Shown piece by piece: positions 51,561 through 64,000 of a stretch of 64,000 nt of DNA; position 1 is the first letter of the stretch; each line of letters starts with the position of its first letter. Both the position numbers and the translations under genes were made by a program. The stretch covers positions 47,492,001 through 47,556,000 of the forward strand of contig OX597824.1 in the NCBI GenBank assembly GCA_951406725.2, given 5' to 3'. The notes beneath the pieces are model-generated. The model made no database searches. It was not told the origin of the DNA and worked only from the letters and a program-made list of their open reading frames with translations. The DNA comes from Octopus vulgaris (lineage: Eukaryota).

Positions 51561-54428
51561 GAATTGAAGCTGTATACTCTGCTCTAAATTCGTCTCTAGG
51601 TAAAAGCATTCTTATTTTTGCCATTCCTTCTACATTTCCAATGCTCTAATGATTCTGCCAGTTCAATAATGATGCGATAGTTGTTTACAGTGCTCAGGTG
51701 TCCTGTAATTCTTTGGAAAAGAGTAAAAGAAGGGACAGAAAGCAGCAGTAAGTCAAGTGAAGAAAGACAGTAATGACAACATAGCATATAGGATAAAATA
51801 GAAGACAGAAAAATGAACAGTAAAAGAGCCATGAAGAGGAAAGGATGCATAGGCACATAATAAGCAGTGTGGACAAATTTCAGGAAATTTGGAATTTTTG
51901 AATGACACAGTGTCCATTCTTTCATCAGACAGCATATTGACCATACTGTGTTTTTATTTTTCATTTCAGATAGTGTACCAAGGACTTGATTATCCAATGT
52001 TTCCTTCCCTTTTTTAATATGGCATGGTGTAATTTCAGTGAGATTTGGTTGCTGTTTCTAATAGGTCAAGCAACCACATAGAAGCTCCCTTGTTGCTTTG
52101 TACAGTAAGTAAAAGTTGTCATTGCTCTTGCTTAGCTCCAGATCAGCTCTGATGGAGCAGCACCTATGACTGAAAATATTCCAGCTATAACCCTTCTGTC
52201 TCTTTAGGAGCATGTAGAAATGCACTGTCCAATGTATCTTTTATTTAAACTAACAAAAATAATGAGCTTATATATTTTAATAAATCTTGAAAATAATCAA
52301 TAATTTGGAGTTATTTTGTTTGTACAGTAACTAACTTCTTCCTTGATTTTTTTTTTTTTGGAATAGAAAAGGTTCATCATCATAAGATGGAATTTGTTGA
52401 GGCAGATTTTCCACAAGTGGTTGCCCTTCCTGTCACTAACCTCACCTGTTTCTCAGTAAGATAATATTCCCTATGACCAGTCATGTTTTCATGAATGGTT
52501 GAAAATGAAAGATACTGCTTGCATGATAGTAACATTTGTTTACAATTATCACATGAAGTCAGGGAAAGAAGACAGTTAAACAAACACATACACACAACCA
52601 GCTTCTTTCAGTTTCCATCTACCAAATCCACTCACAAGGCTTTGGTCCACCTGGGGCTATAGTAAAATACACTTGCCTAATGTGCTGTGTAGTGGGAACG
52701 AACCTAAAACCATGTGGGTGGGAACTAAACTTCTTACCACACAGCCATGCATGCACCTTGCATAAAATTATGACAGTGCATATCATTTAAATAGAAACAC
52801 TTTAAAAATAGAAAATTTTGTATCATAGAATCAGAGTTGCTCTCAGGTTGGTATTAAGCATGGTTAAAGAAAACCTAAATCAGATGAGCATTCACAAACT
52901 GATTCTAAGAATGTGTCATTAATACACAGGAAGAAATGCTTAAGTTAAAAGTTATGTTCTCTTCTCTCATATGGAATTTCTCTGATATTTGTCTAAAACC
53001 CTGAACTATATCAACATAAGTGATCTTACAAGAATCCAGAAAGTGTAACTCTTGATATCTCAGGATAAACAAGCTTCTTCATCTCAACAAATAATGAGAT
53101 GAAGTGTGTGTGTGTGTGTGTGTGCGCACGTGCATGTGTGTATATGTATGTGTGTGTGTGTATGTGCGTGCACACACACATGCATGTGGTAGTGTGTTAT
53201 ATGTGGAATGGGTTTGAATGTCTACATATGAATATTTTTCATGAGTTCATCTGTGGTAATATGAATATGATTATTCAGTTTAAGCACTTGTAGATCTATC
53301 TCCATGAAGAAATGTGAGAACATAGCAGAGGTGATGAAAGAAGGAGAGATGAATGTTTTATGCATGTATGTAACTTACTAGTTTAAAGGAGCAGATGTAG
53401 TAGAAAACATCAGCAACAGAAAAAAGTATGTCTGAGAGCAAAATAACTTCATAAAGAATCAGCAATTGATCAAGGTAGAAATATTAGTAGTTGTTCAAAG
53501 AAGAACAAATGCTACTTGAGAATTGAATCTAATGCTGTAATTACACATTTATTCTTTTTTTCTCCATAGCCTTGAAATCTGTATTTGATACAAAGTTTTT
53601 AGTATAACAGCATCACATCATTACACCATCAATGGATACATAGTAATGTGTCTATTAATGGCTATTAATTAACCCTAAACTTACAAAAAATTGTGTGTTA
53701 AATGATGGAATGTATGTGAGTGTCTACTGAAATACTACATCATTATATCAGGGTGTGTAGCAGTTGGTAACAAAATGTGTGTAAAACAAATAATCCCACT
53801 AAATTGTGATGTTAATGTAAAATTAACAAAAAATACCTGTATTTACAAATTTTCATATTACTCACATAAGCCAATACTTATTATTGCCTTTATCTGATAA
53901 CCTGCGCTTACTTTTCTTAGTTCCCTTTCTCATCATCATCTTGCTCCTTCTACTTTCTCACCCATTCTGATACATCTAATATCTTTCTTCTTTGCTCTTA
54001 GCCTTCCCTTAGGTCACTTGAACAGGGTCCATACACATTATATTACTGAGTACTCTAGTGTTGGTAGCATGAGAAAATGCACCATCTGTAGAGGGTGTTG
54101 GCAAAGGCATCCAACTGTAGAAACCAAGCCAAATGATATACACAAGCATCAGCCTTTATAAGCAGTAGATCCCAAAATGAAATGATTCAGATAGTGACAA
54201 CCCATTCAACCTATGACAGAAACTACTGATGTGTACTCACTGAAAAAATTAATGGGGAAATTTACATTTAACATTTTACATGAGTCTGTTGAAAACCTGC
54301 TAAACGATCTTGAGGTTAAGGAACAGTGAGCACATCTGGAGATTTTTGATTTTATGTATATTGAATATGTTATTGTACTGCTGTTTGCTATTAAACAATA
54401 GTTATAACTGTAATCAATGAAGGAAACA

Positions 54429-54481
<53 letters not shown>

Positions 54482-56056
54482 CAGAAAACTGAAAAAGTTT
54501 TGGTATTACTTACTCTATATTACATGTTTAGGATATTGTTTTCTTCAGACTCTATATGTTCTGAATTCAAATCCCACCAAGGTCAATTTTGTTATTCATC
54601 CTTTCAGAATAACATGAAGAACCAGTTAAGTAGTGGGATTAATGGTATATCAACTAACTAACCTTCTTCCCTCAAAATTTCTGGGCTTGTGTCTAAATCT
54701 GCAACCCTGCTGAGGTCAACTTTATCTTTCCTTTTGGGGTTTATAAAATAAGGAGCAGTAGGGTACTGGAGTTGATGTAATTGACTATCTCCTCCCCATC
54801 CACACCAAAAATTTCAGGCCCTGTGCCTATAGTAGAAAGGATTATTTATGAATAAGTTTACATGTACCTCTCTCTTTCTATGTATCAATTAAATGTGAAC
54901 CCAACACCCTAACCTCTAGTAACATGGCTTAGAGATCAGCATGTCGGGCTCATGGTTGTAAATTCATCAGTTCAATTTTCAAATGGGGTAGCTATGTTGT
55001 GTCTTTCAGTAAGGCACCATATTTCACATTACAGCTCCTGTCCACTCAACTGAAACTAAGTATCTACAACAGGAGCTGAGGGTCAACCTTGTGACAAACT
55101 TGTTTCCCATCCAGAGGGTAGAGGAGTTTTATACTCTCAGTTGCTTATATGTCTCATAAATTGGGATAACCTCCAGTCTAAATGAATCTGTAGGTTTGAG
55201 ATGGATTAACTAATTTTTAATGAATGAATGTTAAATGTATATAATATACAAATGTGTTTTTCCACAATTCCACATTTCATATATTTTTTTCTTTTATTCT
55301 ATTACTTATTACAGTCATTTGATTGTGGCCATGCTGGAGTACTACCACAAAGAGTTTTAATTGAGCAAATCGACCCCAGGACTTATTTTTTTAAAGCCTA
55401 TTACTTATTCTATTATCTCTTTTGCTGAACTACTAAGTTATGGGGACATAAATGCACCAACACTGGTTGTCAAGCAATGAATGGGGGCAAAAACAGACGC
55501 AAAGATATGCACACAGATACACACACACACACACACACACATATATGATGGGCTTCTTTCAGTTTCCCTTCAACAAATCACTCACAAAGCTTTGGGTAGC
55601 CCAAGGTTATAGTAGAAGACACTTTCCCAAGGTGCCATACAGTGGGACTGAACCTGGAAGCATGTGGTTGGGAAGCAAGCTTCTTACCATACAGCTACAT
55701 TTCAATAAAATTGAAATAATAATAAGTGAAATATGTTTGAAAATAATATTAGACATATGTAAAATAAAATACAATTAGGAAAGTAGAGAAAAAAGACATG
55801 TTCTTTATTTGGAATTGACCCAGGCATCTGCAGACCAAGCATCTATGGTGCTATTTCATGGTTTATTTTATTTTTATTGGGAAACATTCTCATCTATACT
55901 TCAAATCAAGGTACAACATTTTACATTCATCAGCTGACAATAAACACATTACCAGTGAACAGTTGAGTTACTGAGTAAATTTCTAGATGAATCATGATCA
56001 AGTAAACTCTAAGGAAGCAGAAAAACACGCTTACTTCCAGGAAGGATGAGGTAATA

Positions 56057-56127
56057 TCCTCATAGTGAAATGCTTAGCATGCTTGCCTGGACACAAAAGA
56101 TATCCGGTTCAATTCCCTCCAGGGAGG
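56057..56127 (+). pseudogene. Decayed tRNA-like sequence (resembles tRNA-Asp) or SINE head
   Basis: TCCTCATAGTG...GCCTGGACAC...GGTTCAATTCCC...GGGAG. It has a B box and ends similar to eukaryotic tRNA-Asp, but the anticodon arm is broken. Confidence 0.4.
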
Positions 56128-56248
56128 CAAATTAAAAAACTTTTTCTTTCTTTTGAAGTATTGTTTACATATGTATGCTGAGTTATAAACATAAACACAT
56201 ACATACACACATTGTTTGTGTTTATGCTTGTGTATGTTTATATATATG

Positions 56249-56286
<38 letters not shown>

Positions 56287-56551
56287 TACATATGCATATA
56301 TACAGACATGTATATACACATATAAGTATACTTGTGTATGTTAAATGCATGTTTTTGAATGTGATTGTAATTTCAAAATGAAACAAAAAACACTAAAACG
56401 TGTTTCTCTAAGTAAACAGATTTTTCATAAAATAAATTTAGTCAAGGTCGAAGGGATGGGGGAATAAATAAAACTACTGAGTGACTAGAAGTGTCAGAAT
56501 TATAATTTTTTTTTTTTTGCTCGTTTACCTTTTTAACATATTCATTACAAA

Positions 56552-56972
56552 TTAATGATAATTTTCTTTCTCAAATACTAACTTGACAGCTTCTAGTACA
56601 TTTTGGGTAACATAGGTTGGTTTCTTCAGTTCACTGTCAAGTACAAAGTCTCGGTGATTATGGTTTGAGATTTCTTTTCCTCCATATGTTACAAAATCAC
56701 TGTCAGTTGTGTACACTCCAGTACAGACAAGTATTGACACAGATTTGTCAGTAAGGATAATACTTTCATCTGTCCCTGAAGACATCAGATCTATTACGGT
56801 GTCCTCAGTGTCCATCAGTTCGTCAACACTGGACATGTCCGAGTTGATACTAGAATTAGTCGTGTTGGCTAACTGCTGAACCTTTTTGGCTTGTTTTCTT
56901 TGTTTTGCAGATCGAGAATGCAGATATCGGTTATATAGATTCCCTCCATATATGTCAGTCTCTGGGTTATCT
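56552..56972 (-). CDS. HDHD5: HAD-like hydrolase domain-containing 5 (CECR5), terminal coding exon
   Basis: ttttgcag| acceptor, phase 2. Translates (G)DNPETDIYGGNLYNRYL...SILVCTGVY...HNHRDF...NVLEAVKLVFEKENYH*, matching the HAD motif IV GDNPxxD and the C-terminus of HDHD5. Includes ORF 56552..56836. Confidence 0.92.
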
Positions 56973-59334
56973 CTGCAAAAAATGAAATATATTTATCAAT
57001 ATGTTTTCAATATACATTTTGAAAATAATATGAAGATAGATTAAAACAATTAACCTTTTCTATTTTAAAAATGAATTTGCTTTCTTATACTGACACAAAT
57101 TGTTACATTTATAGTCAAAGGGGGTGAGATTGTATAATGTTCATGTTTCGCAAAGGCAAGAGTAATATAAATGAAGTGAAATGACTTCATCACAAAGAGT
57201 CCTTCCTCTTCAAGGTCAGAAAATACTTCATCCCTCAACATTTACAAACCCTCTACAAAGCTCAGGTGTGACCCACAATGTAATACTGCTCTCACATCTG
57301 GGATGCTGCTCTATATATACACAGACATTCAACACATTTCAATCTCTGGTTCACAAATCTGTTGTCACTTCTTTCCCCTTTCAGTCTTTTCTACTGCTAC
57401 TACTGTGGCCTCTGTTTGCCAAAGCTATCTGATCTTAAACCATCTCTTCTTGACTCATTTGATTCTTCTCGTCCCCCATATCATGATTCTAACCTCAGGT
57501 CTTACATTAACCACTCTGTTTAGTCCTTCTCTAAATGCTGGACCTCTGGAATTCCCTTTTTTGCCTATGTCTTTCTGGTAGCTGTCAACTTTAAATATTC
57601 AAGAGGAGCATTAACTATGTTGATCTCAATAATCTCAAAGAGCCTTCAAAGGTCATCAGTACAGCTCCTTCTTCCTGACCAAGCTAATAAAAAAATGCAA
57701 GAATCAAAAGCAAGTCACTAATAAATAAATTCTACCTCACAACAATGACCATAACACTATATAATAGAATATCAATTTCTAACTTTTGCACAAGGTCACA
57801 AGGAAGGATTATAGTGACTTGAACTGGTCCCAGTACATGTCTTGCAATACTGGGGAAATGAAAGTAAAATTAATTTTAGTGGAATGTGTACTGTAAATTA
57901 TGAAGACGGTACAGTTAGACATATTTTCTCTATCACTTTGCTACCATTTGTCTTACAAAATATGAATATTATAAATACTGTAAAATACAAGATACTTTTC
58001 CATGACTATATATAAATCATAGTATGAACTTTAAAAAATCATGTTTTGATATTTTCATTTTATTTATTACTATTATCAGTAAGTGCTGTGGAATGCTGAG
58101 GACAACTACAATGCTAATAATGTTAAGCAGCAGAGAGATGTCCCTACTGAATAAGATGTCAGTCTGTTACAGGTTTTGAGAGGTTTGATCTGAGCACTGC
58201 AATTTTAAAAAGATAAAAGCAGCCTAATTCCTTGCACTTGATTGCATACAATGCTGTATTGTATCTCTTCATATTTACATTTATTTAGATCTAACCATTG
58301 GCTTGTGACAGTGCATTACCAATAAACGAATATGAATAGCTGGTCCTTCAATCCACCAGCTAGTTACCTCTTACTACACACCTACCTATAACTCTCAACA
58401 AAAGTATTCCTAGAATGAGACTTCATTTCTTTGGCAGTTAAGACAAAGTTTTTAAATCTTTGGTAGTCAAATGATTTTATCTCTTGTAACTTCTCAGCTT
58501 TGATCATTTTAATGGTGAACATGTTAATAATGTTGATTCCAGTCAAGTGATGCATTTGTTGCAACCTCATTAAAATATAACCAGCTGGCTCTGCACTTCT
58601 ATTGTTTTTTTGTGCTATAAGTACAATAATGGAGTTTGCTTCATTAACTTTTAATATAACTATATCCCACCCAAGCCCATCTCTTGCATTCAATCCCTCT
58701 ACTATATATTGCTTAATACTGTACCTTTATGGAACTTCCATGACTACTATTGCCTCCAGACACTAACCTCTCACATATAACAGATAAAGGTTAACTGCAG
58801 TTATTTGTATCATTGAGTCACCTGATCTAGGATGGACTAAACACTATGAGCACTATCCCAACTTTTCTAAGAGATGGAATCTTTATGTAGTTGTTTGATC
58901 AGTTAGAAATAGTGGGTTTCAAATTTTGGCACAAGGCCAGCAGTTTCAGTGGTGGGGGTAAGTTGATTACATCGACCTAGTTTTCAATTGGTAATTATTT
59001 TAACAACCCCAAAAGGGATGAAAAGTAAAGTTGACCTTGGCAGAATTTGAATCCAGAATGTAAAGACAGACAAATGCCACTAAGCCTTTTGTCAAGCATT
59101 CTAACAATTCTGCCAGCTTGCTGCCTTGATCAGTTAGAAATAATAGCCCATCACTTTCCTGATCACATCCTTCTATTTTAGAAACAGAATGACACACGAG
59201 ATAATGTTGTTCTTGAGATACAAAAAGATGGTATGTTCACTGTCCTTAGAGTAAAACAACAACTATTAAAAATACAACAAAAACAATCCTAATCCACCCC
59301 CATTAAATAACCTGTGACACAGTTGTAGACTGAC

Positions 59335-59474
59335 CCAATGCAGTAGATTGTCTGCACTCCATTGATACCTATGCTCTGGGCCTGGAGACTCAGCAGGTAG
59401 TCAGCATGATGGTAGGTAATTTCACTAGGTTTGCCAATCAATGCTGTGTATTTCAATTCACGTCCAGTAACTTT
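59335..59474 (-). CDS. HDHD5: HDHD5 penultimate coding exon (KVTGRELKYTALIGKPSEITYHHADYLL...QTIYCIG)
   Basis: ccctttcag| acceptor; GG|gtcagt donor; 140 nt ending in phase 2; contains the HAD motif III GKP. I found no earlier exons in the window, so they probably lie beyond 64000. Confidence 0.92.
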
Positions 59475-60544
59475 CTGAAAGGGAAAAGTTTACATGATTA
59501 GGTGTCATTAGAGAGAATTTCAAAACAAACAAAATAAATATGTATATAAAATTTAAAATATAAACAACATTAACAGAATGGGAAGATGTTTTTTTTCTTC
59601 CTTTTATCTTTTAATTTTTTTATATTTTACAATCTCAACATGAAAGAGGGATCAACACATTAGACACACTATACCCATCTATATTTTTTAGTGTATAAAT
59701 GGAAATTATATTTTGTTGTTATTGTGGTAGTCACAGAAGATGGCTTGTTTTAAAATAGTATGACCTAATTATTACTGGTATGAACAAAGAAATTTGCAAA
59801 AATGGAACTAACTATTAAGAAAAAAGAGAACTAATAAAAGGAATCGAACAAAACAATATGGTTAAGTGAAATAGGAAAAATAAAAACAAAAACAAAGGAA
59901 TGTATGGTGTGATATACTGATCTAGGGACAGCAGACAAATATACTAACACTACTATAAGACATAACAGAGTCATACATTAAACTAAACTGACAACAGACA
60001 GATGTGTTTCAGTCAGGACAGTCAATATATTGTTTGTTACATGAGAATGGATATATTGATAAATATATCTAACTTAAAACTGATATATATATATATATAT
60101 ATATATATCATTGTAAGAACAGAAACAACTGGCAAAATACATTGTAGTAAGTTTACTATTAAGGATAATAGACACTATACACACACACACATACACATAA
60201 AACTCTCTAAGTTTACACACTAAACAGAAACATCTTGAATTAAATAAATCTTATATTCATTAGATACATTTTGAAAAACAGATTTCATACAAAAGAGGAA
60301 AATATGTTGAATTATTACAATATAGTTTATTGCATACAGAATTATTATAATACAGCTTATTATTGTGATATTGTTTTATTTCCCATTTAATTGAACTTGT
60401 TGGAAAAAAGGAAATAATTATCTCAAGTTTTACATAATTTGGATACCTATGATACATATTTAATGAAACCGTACGTACATACATACATACATACATGCAT
60501 ACATACATTCACACATACATACATACATACATACATACATATGT

Positions 60545-61340
60545 CATGCACCAGCCTGCCCCACAGAAGCTGTATGTGAAACCAACTATCTTTGTTGAAG
60601 GAGAAATCCTGAAGGTGGTTGATAAGTACCTCAGCAGCACGTTCTAGATCTGTGAACAATGACGAAGTTAACACATGTATCAATGGGGGAGGGGCAACAT
60701 CTGGGTGGCTGCATGAATCAGTGTGAGGAAAGGACAGACATTAGGCTGGCCACTAAGCTGAAGATGTACTGAGCAGTTGTACTGCCAGTGTGAGATTAGG
60801 CTGGTTTACCAACTGCCTGAGAAAGCTATTGAAAATCACCTGGCAAGACAAGGTCCCAGACATGGAGGTCTTCTACCAAGCTGATCTGCAAATTATTTAT
60901 ACACTGCTGAGGAGAACACAAGTCAGATGGGCAAGTCACCTTGTGCAAATGCCTGACATACATCTCCCCAAGAGACTGTTTTACAGCGAACTGGTGAAAG
61001 GCAAGTGCATGCAATGTGAACAGAAAAAGCACTTCAAGGATATGTTTAAAGCCTCACTGAAGAGCTTTGAGATCAACCCTGACACCTGGAAATGTAAGCA
61101 CAAGACTTCCCAGCTTGGTGAAGCTGCACCAACAGAGGTACACCTACAAACAGAACATGATTGCAGGGGTACAAAGAAAACATGAACTATGCAAGTTCAG
61201 AGCGAATTCCTTGCCTTCAGTCACAACAGATCACTAGTGCCCGACATGCAACAGACCCTTATGAGCATGAGTTGGATTGATTGGTCACAGTGGACACACC
61301 ATGCCCAATCTTCTTCTCCTGTGTGATGTCCTTGCTCATC
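60545..61340 (+). mobile_element. RTE/BovB-like LINE 3' fragment in HDHD5 intron
   Basis: ORF 60790..61185 contains LRKLLKITWQDKVP, RWASHLVQM and LPKRLFYSEL, the typical RTE C-terminal region. Confidence 0.8.
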
Positions 61341-61569
61341 ATTGACAGTGATAGGTGAACTAATAATATATACTAATATTTGCAAATTGATTTAAGAAAA
61401 GAAATTACAATATTCACTCCATTAAACTTCAAAACTAAGGAATTATAAATTTGTTAAGATATTCAGGAATAAGTATCACTAAGATATTTTCCTAATTCAT
61501 ATTGTAATTACTAGGTCATTGCCTGTTGTTATGCTGTTGGTAAAAATATTTGTTAATCATGCAAGTACC

Positions 61570-62180
61570 TTCATAAATTGTTCAAAGTGAAAGAATTTTT
61601 TTAAAGTCTGTGTTGTGTTGTCTGTATATGGAAAGACACAGAAAAACAGACACACACACACAAACAACAAATATATATATATATATGTATGTATGTGCAT
61701 GTGTGTGTGTGTATTATATACATATATCCATCTTTTGAAGTACGTGTTGTGTTGACAGACTTGCACTTAAAATTCTGGCATTTTTAATCAAAACTTGTTA
61801 GTTACTATGGTGACAATACTACCTCTCTCTCTCTATATATATATATATATATCTCAACAACTTTTTCTCCTTTCCTTCTATTCAAAATGAAAGTCTTTTT
61901 TTAAAGTTCGTGTTGCATTGTCTATATGTTGAAAAACACAGAAACACACACACACAACGAAAAAAAACAACTCAATATATTATATATATACATATAATCT
62001 TTTTTAGAAGTGCTGTGTTGTATTGACACACTTGCACTAAAAATTCCTGCATTTCAAATCAAAACTTGTTAGTTACTATGGTGACAACACTAATCTGTCT
62101 GTCTAACCATCTATCTTTCACACATACACAGTCTCTCACACTGTATTTCTTTCTCAACAACTTTTCTTCTCCTCTTCTAT
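61570..62180. repeat. Local tandem duplication, ~300-bp unit x2, in HDHD5 intron
   Basis: AATCAAAACTTGTTAGTTACTATGGTGACAA occurs at ~61786 and ~62057 with colinear flanks. Confidence 0.8.
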
Positions 62181-63257
62181 GCTGTGACAGACAGCCAGAT
62201 GGAGATTTGCTTCTCTTTTATAATATAAGATGTAAACAATTTATGTGTGAGTAAATATCCTTCTAAGAATGTATTTGTAGATATTAACTGAGAACAAACA
62301 AATAAGGAAGTAAAACAAATACACAAAATAGTGAGTACCAACTGAAGACTGTTGAAGTACAAAAGCCCTTAATAGCTTTAAACTTGTGCATATTTCATGT
62401 CAAATTTCTAACAGTCACTTTTCTGATATTTAAGAAAGTAAGAAAAATCTATAAACAAATAGTTTCTTTAGGTTATTTAAAAGAATTGTAAATGTAAAAT
62501 AATCCAATTGAAAAACTTGCCAGAGACAAAGCAGTATACATGTAGTTTTCTGGAAATCAAAGAATAAACTCTATCAATCACATTATGCAGCTATATCTAA
62601 AGAGTCACCTTCAGTGAATCAGAATTTCTAGAAATGTCCAGTTTACAAGGCATGCCACTTTTTACTTTCTGTCGTGATTTTTTTCTATAATTTTTATTGA
62701 AAAAATTTTTGTCTCAAAGAATACATACTGATAATTAAACTAGAAGCAATAAATATAACTTTTGGTTTATGACTATTCAACCATTCTGGGACATACATTT
62801 TATATATAGTGTTATGAAGTGTTATGAAACATTAAAAAAAATCAGTAAAGCAACATAAATAAATAATCAACAAAACAAAAGATAACAAATTCTATGAAAA
62901 TATGAAACAATTATTACAAAATGTGATCGATCAATTTTATGGTAATTCAATGAACACTAAAACAAATTATTAACTTTGACTAATTAATCTTAATTATTTT
63001 TTCTTTTATCAAACTACTTATATATAATTATATATGTGTGTGTGTGTGTGTGTCTGTACATATACATATACACACAAACACATGTAAGTATATATATATG
63101 TGTGCATGTGTGTGTGCATGTATGTCAATATTATGTGTATGTATGTATATTTTGAATTTGCTTTGCAAGATTTTTCATGCATCTTGAAATCTTGTCAAAA
63201 CAGATAATAATTTTGTCCAATATGAAACATGAAACACATGCATTGGTTCTAGTTCAC

Positions 63258-63703
63258 CAATTAGATAGCCAATTAACCAATTTACTAATCGATTACTTGA
63301 TTAATTGTTCAATCAATTAATCATTTAGCTGGCTTGTTAGAGTCCTTTCATTGCTATTCATGACCTCACTAATGACATGCTCTCATTACTTCAGGTTTGT
63401 CTTTTGTCTCATATGCATGTATGTATGCATACATATCATATATGCATACATATATATATACATATATATATATACATATATACATACATATATACATATA
63501 AATACATATATACATACATATATACATACACACACACACACACAATCACCATCATCATCCTAGAAACAGACCTAGTGTAAAGAGGGCATGTGATTTGTGA
63601 GGTTTTCAAATAGAAACAAACATTCACAAACCAGCTGATAGACTGATTGATTGAACAATTAATGAAGCAATCAATAAACTAACTGGTTAATTAGCTGACT
63701 AAT
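63258..63703. repeat. Foldback with ~80-bp inverted arms around a microsatellite
   Basis: ATTAATTGTTCAATCAAT...AGCTGGCTTGT vs ACAAACCAGCT...ATTGATTGAACAATTAAT. Confidence 0.7.
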
Positions 63704-64000
63704 AATTGTTTCTAGTTTAGGTACAAGGCCATTGATTTTGTTGGGAGGAGGGTTATTCAATACCATTGACTCTGAAAGGATAAAAGACAAAGTTGACCTC
63801 AGCGGGGTTTGAAATCAGAATGTAAAGTGCTGTAACTAAATACTGCAAGGCATTTTGGCCTATGTACTAAATGACTCTGCACCAATTTACTATTATGATT
63901 AGTTATACAAAGAATGATAAAAAGAGATGAAAGAAATAAAACCATTACATGTGTTTCTGATGGCAAGATGATTTTCCCAAGAGACAGCATATATATATAT

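Overview
AT-rich, CpG-depleted, repeat-dense eukaryotic DNA. The SINE/LINE content resembles, from recall, a coleoid cephalopod (Octopus-like) genome; this is an inference. Three protein genes can be reconstructed. (1) A + strand 8-exon gene (1814-13704, possibly 5'-incomplete) encoding about 360 aa with a C-terminal sequence-specific HMG box that resembles MEIOSIN/BHMG1. (2) A - strand sarcoplasmic calcium-binding (EF-hand) protein with an intronless CDS (17837-18463). (3) The last two coding exons of HDHD5/CECR5 (- strand, 56552-59474). The rest is tRNA-derived SINEs, RTE and CR1 LINEs, Tc1/mariner, piggyBac-type and Tigger-type MITEs, a decayed Gypsy element interrupted by a hAT remnant, and microsatellites. 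The main unexplained signal is three type I hammerhead ribozymes with unrelated flanks and palindromic stem III, all within about 10 kb. They are: an intact one with a long stem-II insertion (27036-27129, +); a minimal one with an intact core (30943-30985, -); and a CpG-decayed one inside a tRNA-headed SINE with Penelope-type inverted-tail architecture and a 12-bp target duplication (element 21042-21319).
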